From positions 3,240,001-3,272,000 of the forward strand of contig OY969938.1 in the NCBI GenBank assembly GCA_963704755.1: a DNA stretch of 32,000 nt, in the 5' to 3' direction. Positions 6,505 to 13,946 of this stretch are shown here, one piece after another (the stretch's first letter is position 1; each line of letters starts with the position of its first letter). The stretch comes from an uncultured Chloroflexia bacterium (lineage in GTDB: Bacteria > Chloroflexota > Anaerolineae > Anaerolineales > Anaerolineaceae). Below the pieces are notes generated by a model. It did not search any database. It had not been told where the DNA came from and saw only the letters and a program-made list of their open reading frames with translations. The position numbers and the translations under genes were made by a program.

Positions 6505-7932
6505 CTACACATTAATCGTGCTGTCGGTGCCGAGTTCTGGCAGATCCAGGTTCCACCAGGCTTCCTGGTCCTTCTCTACGCCATAGCCGAAGGCATCGTC
6601 CATGGTGCGCAAGAAGCCATCCACCGCCGGAACGGTCAATTCGGTAGCCCGTACCAGATTATGGATCCAGGCTTTGTCCTTCTTGGCGAAGGGGCAGACT
6701 GCGAAGCAGATACCGCAGTTGGTACCGACCTGGCGCCAGAAAGTGGTGCATTTGACCGAATCTTCAAAGTAGGCTTTGTGACCGGGGTTGTTCCAGCCAC
6801 CGCGGGTTTCCCAGGTGGGCTCGTCATCGAAACTCAAGGCGGCGCCGCCGCAGGCCTCTGCGCACTTCTTGCAGGAGTGGCAGAATTTCATGACGCCGAA
6901 ATCGATCGGTTTGTCGGTCGCTACCGGTAAATCGGTGATCATCTTGAACACACGGGTCATGGGACCAAATTCAGGCGTGATCAAGCGGTTGAGGCGGGAG
7001 AGCTCGCCCAAGCCGGCCAGTACGCCGAAGGCAGGAGCGATTGCCAGAGCATTGATGCTGCTTTCGCCCAGGCCCATGTAGCCAATACCGCGCAGGAATT
7101 CCTGCATGGAGGCCTGGATCTGGCGGCTGCGTTTGTAGGACAAAGCGGTGGTCGCCTGCGCCAGGACGGTAGGAGCCCGTTTGAGGGTTTCTTCCGACAT
7201 CTGGATGGTGTAGACGATCATGTATTTGGCTTTGTTGGGGATGTAGCGGGTGGTATCGTCTTCGGATGGCTGATCGTCATCGGTGAAGACCAGTTTCTTG
7301 CCATCGGGGTCAACCGAGTAGACCAGTTTGCGGGTGTTGTCGTCCAGTTCGACGAAGCCAACCGTACCGGCGCCGTTGTGGCGGAAAGCAGCGCGCAGCA
7401 TGCGGGCGGCTTCTTCGGGGGTACCGGTCCACTTGGGAACGCCCCAGTCGTCCGGGGTCTTGGCAGTCTGCGGGCCCAGGAAGGTGCTGTCCATGCGGGC
7501 GCCGCCATTCTGGGCGGAATTGAGGGCCTGGTCTTTGAGGGTATAACCGGGGGTGTTGTTCTTGACACCGTCAGACAGAACTTTGTTGCTTTGAGCGGTC
7601 AGCTCGTCGGACTTATCTTTACCGATGTAGCCGGCGAAACCGCCACCGCGAACGGAACCGATATTGGTGGCCGGGTCGTAGCGCTCATTGAACCGCTGCA
7701 TCTTATCCCAATCGATTTCAACAGTCGGTTTATCAACCGTCTTGACCCACCAGGGCCGCTGAGGGCGGCCAGCCGGGTCGGTGAAGGGTTGATAGGCAAA
7801 GTTGGGATTTTCTGCGGTACCTGTCTTGCTCATCGGCCTGGCCGCAACGCCAATTGCCGCTGCGCCGGCACCCAAGCCAACCAGTTGCAGGAAATCTCTG
7901 CGGCTTAGTTTAGATTTGCCTTGCTCTCCCAT
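6505..7932 (-). CDS. rdhA: Reductive dehalogenase catalytic subunit RdhA (corrinoid / 2x[4Fe-4S])
   Basis: 475 aa with Tat signal SRRDFLQLVGLGAGAAA. C-terminal Fe-S motifs CHSCKKCAEAC and C(x11)CGICFAVCP. GGAGG SD. Followed by rdhB. Confidence 0.9.
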   Translation of the reverse strand: MGEQGKSKLSRRDFLQLVGLGAGAAAIGVAARPMSKTGTAENPNFAYQPFTDPAGRPQRPWWVKTVDKPTVEIDWDKMQRFNERYDPATNIGSVRGGGFAGYIGKDKSDELTAQSNKVLSDGVKNNTPGYTLKDQALNSAQNGGARMDSTFLGPQTAKTPDDWGVPKWTGTPEEAARMLRAAFRHNGAGTVGFVELDDNTRKLVYSVDPDGKKLVFTDDDQPSEDDTTRYIPNKAKYMIVYTIQMSEETLKRAPTVLAQATTALSYKRSRQIQASMQEFLRGIGYMGLGESSINALAIAPAFGVLAGLGELSRLNRLITPEFGPMTRVFKMITDLPVATDKPIDFGVMKFCHSCKKCAEACGGAALSFDDEPTWETRGGWNNPGHKAYFEDSVKCTTFWRQVGTNCGICFAVCPFAKKDKAWIHNLVRATELTVPAVDGFLRTMDDAFGYGVEKDQEAWWNLDLPELGTDSTINV

Positions 7933-7979
7933 TGTAATTCCTCCGATCCAAATAATTTAACTACTTGTGTAAAATATTC

Positions 7980-8032
7980 CCGAATTTGAGGTATTTGCGG
8001 AGGTTTTGCCCCCGCAAATACCTCAAATTCGG
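7980..8032. repeat. Hairpin repeat, class 1 (24-bp stem, TTTTG loop), 47 nt upstream of the rdhA ATG
   Basis: CCGAATTTGAGGTATTTGCGGAGG-TTTTG-CCCCCGCAAATACCTCAAATTCGG, with one A.C mismatch (8001/8011). Confidence 0.9.
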
Positions 8033-8241
8033 TGTTCTTACTTCTTTGGTTAAGCATTTATAAAAAAATTGCATAAATTGCTTTCCAGTGACTATATATT
8101 AGCGTTCGAGCCACCGGTTTTATAGCGGGAAAAGGATGTTCTTTTGTCGGGGATTCTCTGACAAAATGAAAAAAACATTAAAAAGCCGTTACCAATCCGG
8201 TAACGGCCCTTTTGAGAAAATCGCCACCGCTCAACTGCCGC

Positions 8242-8304
8242 AAAAAAGGGGTGTTTTTATCATTTTTCGCGCGCTTCGCACACGAAAAATAATAAAAACA
8301 CCTC
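8242..8304 (-). terminator. Class-2 hairpin repeat (GAA strand is the minus strand) plus U-tract: likely intrinsic terminator of the kinase/regulator operon
   Basis: Plus strand GGGGTGTTTTTATCATTTTTCGCGCG-CTTCG-CACACGAAAAATAATAAAAACACCTC. On the minus strand the three mismatches become G.U wobbles, the centre reads GCGAAGC and the stem is followed by TTTTTT (A-run 8242..8247). Lies 49 nt after the regulator stop. Confidence 0.65.
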
Positions 8305-8352
8305 GTTATTCCCGAACTGGCCTGGATAGGAACGAAGTTTTCGGATAGGTCC

Positions 8353-9006
8353 TTAATCTTCATTCAGCAGGCGAGCTTTGAGAGCAAATTCGACCAGGTC
8401 GGAGCGGTGCTCGAGGTTGAGCTTCTCCATAGCGCGCTGGCGGTAAGTCTCGATGGTTTTTGCGCTGAGGAAGAGCTTGTCGCCGATCTCGCGGCTGTTG
8501 AAGCCTTTGGCGGTCAATTTTATGACTTCTTGCTCGCGTTTGGAGAGGGCCTCGAATTGCTCGGTCAGGGGGTGGTCGCTGGTGATCAATTCGACCAGGG
8601 CTGTGGCTGCTGCCGGATGGAGGAAGCGTTTGCCTTCCAGGACCGTGTGAATGGCATCGATGAGATCGGTGTGGGTGGAGGACTTGGGCACGTAACCCGC
8701 ACAGCCGGCTTCGATGGCCTGCAGGACGATTTCTTTGTGCACGTACATGGAGAGCACAATGATCTGGCTCTTCTTGTTTTTCTCGCGGATAGCGCGGATG
8801 GCATTGACCCCGTTCATGTCCGGCAAGCCCAGGTCCATGACGATGATATCCGGCACCAGATCGACCCCCATCTGGATGCCTTGGGCGCCGGTGTCGGCCT
8901 CGGCCACGACCCGCATATTTTCTTCGCTTTCGAGCAGGGCTTTCAGCCCATCCCGCAACATTTTATGGTCGTCAACCAGCAAAATGGAGATTTCGTTGGA
9001 ATTCAT
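8353..9006 (-). CDS. Response regulator, NarL/FixJ family (REC + LuxR-type HTH)
   Basis: 217 aa. Receiver motifs LLVDDH, IIVMDLGLPDMNG and SMYV..K. C-terminal LSKREQEVIKLTAKGFNSREIGDKLFLSAKTIETYRQRAMEKL. ATGA start/stop overlap with the kinase gene. Confidence 0.9.
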   Translation of the reverse strand: MNSNEISILLVDDHKMLRDGLKALLESEENMRVVAEADTGAQGIQMGVDLVPDIIVMDLGLPDMNGVNAIRAIREKNKKSQIIVLSMYVHKEIVLQAIEAGCAGYVPKSSTHTDLIDAIHTVLEGKRFLHPAAATALVELITSDHPLTEQFEALSKREQEVIKLTAKGFNSREIGDKLFLSAKTIETYRQRAMEKLNLEHRSDLVEFALKARLLNED

Positions 9007-10622
9007 GCAGCAATTGCCTCTCGCAGGGGAATAAACACCTGGATCATGGTGCCTTTATGGGGCGCAGTGTAGACGTCTAAAATCCCGCCGAGCATTTCGG
9101 CCCTTTCGCGCATGCTGATCAGGCCTAAATGGCGCTTGCCCTGTGTCCCGGGCAAATGGTTGGGATCGAAGCCGATACCATCGTCTTCGACCGATAATTG
9201 AATGCCGCTCCCGGTTCGCTTGAGCAAAATTCTGACCTGTTTGGCGGATGCATGGCGCATAATGTTGGTCAATCCTTCCTGTGCAATCCGGTACAGGGCT
9301 ACTTCGATATCTTCGGGCATTTCAAACTCTTCCAATGCACAGGAACAGGAGACTTGCAGGTCGGAATTTTTAGCCACCTCTTCCAGCAAGGTCTCCAGGG
9401 CCATCGACAGGCCAAACTCTTCCAGGGCCAGCGGCCGGAGGCGGTAGGAAAGCCCGCGAATCTGGTCGATGGTTTGCGAGACAATGTCTTCCATGCCCAC
9501 CAGGGCCGGCTTCAGGTCGGAAGAAGCGGCTTTGTTTTCCAGAATCTTCAACCGCACCAGCAGGCTGGTCAGAGTTTGGCCCGCGCCGTCGTGCAGTTCA
9601 CGGGCCAGGCGGCCGCGTTCTTCTTCCTGGACCTTAACCAGCGATTCGAGCAGCGCCTGGCGAGCAGCTTCTTTTTCGCGTAATTTGAGTCTCAGCCAGG
9701 CATTGGCCACAATTTCTGATATTTGCGCGCCAATCGAGACCAGCAGTTCGGAGTCCTCTTCGGCCAGGACGACATCTTTTTCGCACATGAGGTTGATCAC
9801 ACCCAGGGTCTGGCCGCGCGCCTCCAACGGGATGGTGATATGGTCCGGGCAACCGGTCGTAAAACCCGAGGCTTGCAAGCATTCGCAGGGGAGAATTTTG
9901 ATCTCTACTTCTCCGTTGCTGTCCAATAAATACCTTTGGCAGGCACACGGAGGAGCCCCGGCCCGGCCGAGCAAGATATCGCCCATTTCGGGCGTGACGC
10001 CTGCCCAACTGGCCAGGTGAAATTGCTGGCGTTCGGGGTCCAGGAGATAAATCCAGCCGGCCTCCAGATGGATAGCCGTGAGGATTTTTTGCAGCAAAAT
10101 ATAGAGCACATCATGGATATCGGTTTGGTCGTCGGCGGCCAGGGTGATTTGGTTGATCACGTCCAGGCGCCGGTTGGTGCGCACCAGATTACGTTGGGTC
10201 GAGACCAGCTCATCGGTCATCGAGTTGATCGCGATGCCAAGCTGGCCGATATCGTCGTGGGCCCAAATGCGCACGCGGGCGTCCAACTGGCCGCCGGCAA
10301 CTTTTTGGGCCATCTCGCGCAGGGTCAGGATCTGGCGGGAAAGGATGTGAGAGAGGAGCAGCGAGACGAAAACCGACAGCGCCGCGGCCAGGAAGGTCAC
10401 CAGGGTGACACTGCGCCGCCCGGCGGCCATGGCGGCCTGGACGCGCTCGTCGATGAGCAAATGGGACAGCCAGTCCGACAGACCGGATGTCACCCAATAG
10501 TTGATGGCGAACCCCAGGATCAAGACCGGGATCAAGCCAATGCCAATAATTTTGGATCGGACCGTCACCCCCAGCAGTGCATTCCCCCACCAGCTAAAGA
10601 AACCATTGATGACTTTCTTCAT
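9003..10622 (-). CDS. Sensor histidine kinase (2 TM - HAMP - Cys-rich GAF - HisKA_3 - HATPase_c)
   Basis: 539 aa. Two N-terminal TM helices with only a short external loop, then a HAMP-like segment and a GAF-like region. H-box ARELHDGAGQTLTSL, N/G boxes (LTNIMRHA, EDDGIGF, GLISMRER). GAGGGAGAG SD. Confidence 0.9.
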   Translation of the reverse strand: MKKVINGFFSWWGNALLGVTVRSKIIGIGLIPVLILGFAINYWVTSGLSDWLSHLLIDERVQAAMAAGRRSVTLVTFLAAALSVFVSLLLSHILSRQILTLREMAQKVAGGQLDARVRIWAHDDIGQLGIAINSMTDELVSTQRNLVRTNRRLDVINQITLAADDQTDIHDVLYILLQKILTAIHLEAGWIYLLDPERQQFHLASWAGVTPEMGDILLGRAGAPPCACQRYLLDSNGEVEIKILPCECLQASGFTTGCPDHITIPLEARGQTLGVINLMCEKDVVLAEEDSELLVSIGAQISEIVANAWLRLKLREKEAARQALLESLVKVQEEERGRLARELHDGAGQTLTSLLVRLKILENKAASSDLKPALVGMEDIVSQTIDQIRGLSYRLRPLALEEFGLSMALETLLEEVAKNSDLQVSCSCALEEFEMPEDIEVALYRIAQEGLTNIMRHASAKQVRILLKRTGSGIQLSVEDDGIGFDPNHLPGTQGKRHLGLISMRERAEMLGGILDVYTAPHKGTMIQVFIPLREAIAA

Positions 10623-10719
10623 TTACTCTCCCTCGATATGTAGCGCTTCCAGAGGACGGAGCTACCCACACAGTGCCGCATTAGTATACTTGTAACTGCT
10701 CAGCCTGGCGGGGAAGAAA

Positions 10720-10773
10720 CCCGAATTTGAGGTATGTGTGGGGGCTTAGCCCCGCACGTACTTCAAATTCGGG
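10720..10773. repeat. Hairpin repeat, class 1 (24-bp stem with three G.T wobbles, 6-nt loop)
   Basis: CCCGAATTTGAGGTATGTGTGGGG-GCTTAG-CCCCGCACGTACTTCAAATTCGGG, about 100 nt upstream of the kinase start. Confidence 0.9.
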
Positions 10774-10845
10774 AACTTCTTAACAGGAGCCTGAGTAGTT
10801 ATGTATACTTCTATTTTACAGTTGTCAGATCATCATCGTCCTATT

Positions 10846-10896
10846 ACAAAAAGCACTCATCGCAATGACACATGACAGATATCATTGCGATGAGTG
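10846..10896 (-). terminator. Intrinsic terminator downstream of the VOC gene
   Basis: Perfect 15-bp stem CACTCATCGCAATGA / TCATTGCGATGAGTG (10854..10868 / 10882..10896) with a 13-nt loop. On the minus strand it is followed by CTTTTTGT. Confidence 0.5.
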
Positions 10897-11051
10897 TCTT
10901 AATAGTAAGTTTTCGCGGCTGTGAGAGGAAATACCGGAGTTTCGCAGCTTTATGGATAAAAAGCTAACGGTTTAAATCCATCAGGGCAAGAAAACTGCTC
11001 CTGTTCAACAAGAGACCGCTTCGAGCGAGGTCATAATCATTCCATCCAGCG

Positions 11052-11462
11052 TCAGCGCGGCGGGGTACAGTTCAGCATCCAGTTGATGCCGAAGCGGTCG
11101 GTCACCTGGCCATAGCGTGCGCCCCAAAAAGTCTTCTCCAGGGGCATGGTGATTTTGCCTCCCGCGGCCAGGGCGCTGAAAATCTTATCCTGCTCGGCTT
11201 CGTCGTCCATATTGACGTTCAGGGTGACGTTGTTGCCCAGGGCGGAGACGAAGGCCGGCCCGCCATCGGACGCCATCAGGTAGATGTCCTCGGCTTTGAA
11301 TTCGGCGTGAATGATATGCTGCTTGAAGGGATCGTCCACGTTCATATTGGCCTCGGCAAAGGTTTGCATGGCAGTGATTTCTCCGCCAAAGCAGCTTTTG
11401 TAGTAATTCATGGCTTCCCGGCACGTTCCACCAAAGAGAAGGTAAGGCACTACGGTCTTCAT
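11052..11462 (-). CDS. VOC (glyoxalase/bleomycin-resistance fold) family protein, PhnB-like
   Basis: 136 aa. PYLLFGGTCREAMNYYKSCFGGE at the N-terminus and FWGARYGQVTDRFGINWMLN at the C-terminus are typical of PhnB-like proteins. Confidence 0.8.
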   Translation of the reverse strand: MKTVVPYLLFGGTCREAMNYYKSCFGGEITAMQTFAEANMNVDDPFKQHIIHAEFKAEDIYLMASDGGPAFVSALGNNVTLNVNMDDEAEQDKIFSALAAGGKITMPLEKTFWGARYGQVTDRFGINWMLNCTPPR

Positions 11463-11737
11463 ATTTTGTTCCTTTATTCGTTTTTTGGGAGCATTGCGGC
11501 GGTATTGGCCACCCGAAATGTTCCCCTAAAGGATCGTTTGTCAGGAGCCGCCTGGCTGCCTGGCCCACTTGTGCGAGCGGCCTCCCTACCCGGAGAAATA
11601 CGCCTAAACGGATGGTTAACATCCGGTTTGATTATATCAAAATCACCGATGGGTTATTATATCCATTCTTCGGTAGGGGAGAAACCGGAAGAAAAGCGAT
11701 AAAAAAGCATATTCGCCTTATGTTCCATCGCCGGCGA

Positions 11738-11797
11738 GCGCAACTTAGCGCCTTCTCCTTCCCAGGGAGAAGGTTGGGATGAGGGTAAACGCCGGCC
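11738..11797. repeat. Dispersed repeat K, copy 1 (CCTTCTCC hairpin + GGGATGAGGGTAAAyGCCGGCC)
   Basis: GCGCAACTTAGCGCCTTCTCCTTCCCAGGGAGAAGGTTGGGATGAGGGTAAACGCCGGCC. A second copy lies 237 bp downstream. Confidence 0.8.
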
Positions 11798-11974
11798 AAG
11801 TGATACCTTTCATATCCAGTAAATTTGCTATTGGATTGACCGCACCTTTCACCCGGCCTTTGTCCCTTTAAAGACCGGGACTGAGCCTATTTTTCCCCTG
11901 TAGCCTCAGCTACCCCCGGCTTAGAAAGCCGGGCTACATCTTTAGGTCAGCTTCTGATACATAAATCCAGGCTG

Positions 11975-12044
11975 GCGCAAGGCACTTAACGCCTTCTCCC
12001 TCCGCGAAGCGTGGAGAAGGGTGGGATGAGGGTAAATGCCGGCC
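11975..12044. repeat. Dispersed repeat K, copy 2 (hairpin centred on GCGAAGC)
   Basis: GCGCAAGGCACTTAACGCCTTCTCCCTCCGCGAAGCGTGGAGAAGGGTGGGATGAGGGTAAATGCCGGCC. Same flanks as copy 1, with the inner loop replaced by a CGCGAAGCG centre. Confidence 0.8.
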
Positions 12045-12084
12045 GGACCAGGTCTCGTTTTTAAAAAGCGCCTGGCAGCATAAC

Positions 12085-13119
12085 TCAGAATTGTGCAGCA
12101 ATTCTGACCAACTCCGGGCTGACAACCTGGCCATCCTTGTCCACCAGGCCGAAATCGAGGGCCTTGTAGGTCCAAATGGCCCGGCCTACCCTATATTGAT
12201 TGAGCAGATCGACGAAATCACGGGTCCAGTTCAGGCGGGTCTGCATGGCGGCCACTTCGTATACGCCAAACTCACCGCAATAAACCGGCTGACCGGTGCT
12301 TTGGGCGAAGTCCAACGCCGGCTGGAGCATGCTGCGCAGATAATTTTTGTCGAACTGAACGCCGATTTCGCGTTTTAACCGTATGTCGGGAAATTTCTTG
12401 ACGATGTTGGCCAACCCAACGGCCTGTTGGCCGGGGTAGTCGATCTTACGGCTGTACTCAATGAAGGGCTCGACCCAGGGTGCACATTGGTGCGTGACCG
12501 TCAGCGGCAGATAAAAATGGAAAGTGTAGAGGATGTTCGGGTCATCCAAAGCAGCGAGGTTTTGCAGCTCTTCCGGTGCGTTATAGTAATTGCCGCCAAC
12601 CAGAATGAGGCGCTGGGGATCGATGCTGCGGATGCGTTCGAGCGCCTTTTGCACCAGCGCGTTCCACGGGCTGCTGTCGGGCAGCATGATTTCGTTGAGC
12701 AGCTCAAAGGCCAGGCTATCCTCCAGGCGCCCGGCGAAATGGCGGGCGATGGCCTGCCACAAGGCCAGGAACCGCTCTTGCAGCGCCGGGCTGGAAAATA
12801 AAGTGATCTTATCCAACTGGTCGAAGGCAAAGCCGGGCGCTTTGTGCAGGTCGAGAATAGTGCGCAGGCCGTTCTGCCGGCACCATTCCAGGCAGGACTC
12901 GATGTAGCCAAAGCCGCTGTCTTTATACACGCCGGGCTGGTCGTCGTCCTCCAGAACGGGGTAATCGACCGGCAGGCGCACGTGATCCATGCCCCAGCCG
13001 GCGATGCGCTGAATATCTGCCGCGCTGATGAAGGTATTAAAGTGCTGGTGATCGTAAGCCGGGTATTGTGAGATCCAGCCGCCCAGGTTAATGCCCACCC
13101 CAAGTGCTTTTTTATCCAT
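12085..13119 (-). CDS. Glycoside hydrolase family 5 (cellulase/mannanase-type), apparently cytoplasmic (no signal peptide)
   Basis: 344 aa. GH5 catalytic signatures FELLNEI (acid/base NE) and YCGEFG (nucleophile E). N-terminal GINLGGW and a HxY-type motif FHFYLP. GGAGGG SD. Confidence 0.85.
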   Translation of the reverse strand: MDKKALGVGINLGGWISQYPAYDHQHFNTFISAADIQRIAGWGMDHVRLPVDYPVLEDDDQPGVYKDSGFGYIESCLEWCRQNGLRTILDLHKAPGFAFDQLDKITLFSSPALQERFLALWQAIARHFAGRLEDSLAFELLNEIMLPDSSPWNALVQKALERIRSIDPQRLILVGGNYYNAPEELQNLAALDDPNILYTFHFYLPLTVTHQCAPWVEPFIEYSRKIDYPGQQAVGLANIVKKFPDIRLKREIGVQFDKNYLRSMLQPALDFAQSTGQPVYCGEFGVYEVAAMQTRLNWTRDFVDLLNQYRVGRAIWTYKALDFGLVDKDGQVVSPELVRIAAQF

Positions 13120-13171
13120 CGTTTTCCCTCCTGCTGCTTACATTTATTCTGGGTTACTACTCAGGTTAGTT

Positions 13172-13226
13172 CGGGAATTTTATTGTTTTTCGCTTGCGAA
13201 GCAAGCGAAAAACAATAAAATTCCCG
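13172..13226. repeat. Hairpin repeat, class 2 (perfect 26 bp + GAA + 26 bp)
   Basis: CGGGAATTTTATTGTTTTTCGCTTGC-GAA-GCAAGCGAAAAACAATAAAATTCCCG with no mismatch. Lies between the VOC stop and the GH5 start. Confidence 0.95.
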
Positions 13227-13252
13227 CCTCTTTTGTGGTAGCTGAATAGGTA

Positions 13253-13726
13253 CTATCCCTGCTGGTAAGCTCGTTTTAATTCGGAAATATTTAATTTGGT
13301 CATCTGGAGCATGGCCTTTGTAACCCTGGCGGCTTTTTCGGGGTCCGGGTCGCCCAACAGCTCACCCAATATCGTTGGGACGATTTGCCAGGACACGCCG
13401 AATTTATCTGTCAGCCAGCCGCATTGGCTTTTCTCGCCGCCTTCGGAGAGTCTTTCCCATAAGTCATCCACTTCGGCCTGGTCGGCGCAGTTGACGAAGA
13501 ACGAAATGGCCGGGGTGAAAGAAAACACCGGCCCGCCGTTGAGCGCGATGAATTCCTGGCCGGCGATCTGGAAGGTGCCGGTCATGACCGTCCCGGGTGT
13601 CCCGGGGCCTTCGCTGCCGTAGCGCGCCACCGACACGATTTTGGAATCTTTGAAGATGGAGGTGTAGAACTCCATGGCCTCTTCGGCGCGGTTGTCAAAC
13701 CATAAGAAGGGGGTAATTTTTTGCAT
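13253..13726 (-). CDS. VOC family protein, PhnB-like (3-demethylubiquinone-9 3-methyltransferase-type fold)
   Basis: Start moved to ATG 13726..13724 ([25 protein letters not shown]) with GGAG 8-11 nt upstream. C-terminal [16 protein letters not shown] is typical of this family. The 34 upstream codons of the ORF track look non-native. Confidence 0.8.
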   Translation of the reverse strand: MQKITPFLWFDNRAEEAMEFYTSIFKDSKIVSVARYGSEGPGTPGTVMTGTFQIAGQEFIALNGGPVFSFTPAISFFVNCADQAEVDDLWERLSEGGEKSQCGWLTDKFGVSWQIVPTILGELLGDPDPEKAARVTKAMLQMTKLNISELKRAYQQG

Positions 13727-13891
13727 CTTATTTACTCCGAACCGATATGATTGGGGGTGATATCCACTCTGGATCCCTGGTATGGATATTCGAAGGGAAA
13801 TTCTTGTATAAGCTTGTTTGGTTATCAATTATAAATTATTTATCAGATTAGTAATATTGAGATCGTTGAAAGAGTCACTTGTTGACAAAAG

Positions 13892-13946
13892 ATATGGGGG
13901 ATATGGGGTGGCGCGGCGAAGCCGCGCCACCCCATATCCCCCATAT
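13892..13946. repeat. Hairpin repeat, class 3 (perfect 26 bp + GAA + 26 bp), core of a nested 133-bp palindrome (13853..13985)
   Basis: ATATGGGGGATATGGGGTGGCGCGGC-GAA-GCCGCGCCACCCCATATCCCCCATAT. Outer arms AATATTGAGATCGTTGAAAGA (13853..13873) and the reverse complement of 13964..13985 (AATATTAGAGGGTGTTGAAAGA) also pair. Confidence 0.95.

Noticed and set aside
8053-8082. Imperfect inverted repeat AGCATTTAT..ATAAATTGCT as a NarL-type operator upstream of rdhA
   Set aside because: It is AT-rich and imperfect (one indel), with no second copy in the window to define a motif. It is mentioned only as context and not called as a feature.
8136-8363. Overlapping small ORFs 8136-8348 (+) and 8178-8363 (-) in the rdhA upstream spacer
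   Set aside because: Mutually antisense, spanning hairpin 8248-8304, with no SD. More parsimoniously this is a non-coding regulatory/terminator region.
8407-10643. Plus-strand ORFs 8407-9072, 9198-9683, 9469-10020 and 9936-10643 opposite the two-component genes
   Set aside because: Antisense to genes with complete REC/HTH and HisKA_3/HATPase motifs. No SD sequences and low-complexity translations.
13727-13828. Upstream extensions of track ORFs: VOC 13253-13828, recQ 18887-18982, TPR 3378-3419 and beta-helix 14312-14323
   Set aside because: Internal ATGs with proper SD spacing give N-termini matching the family consensus. The extensions run into repeats or the SD itself.
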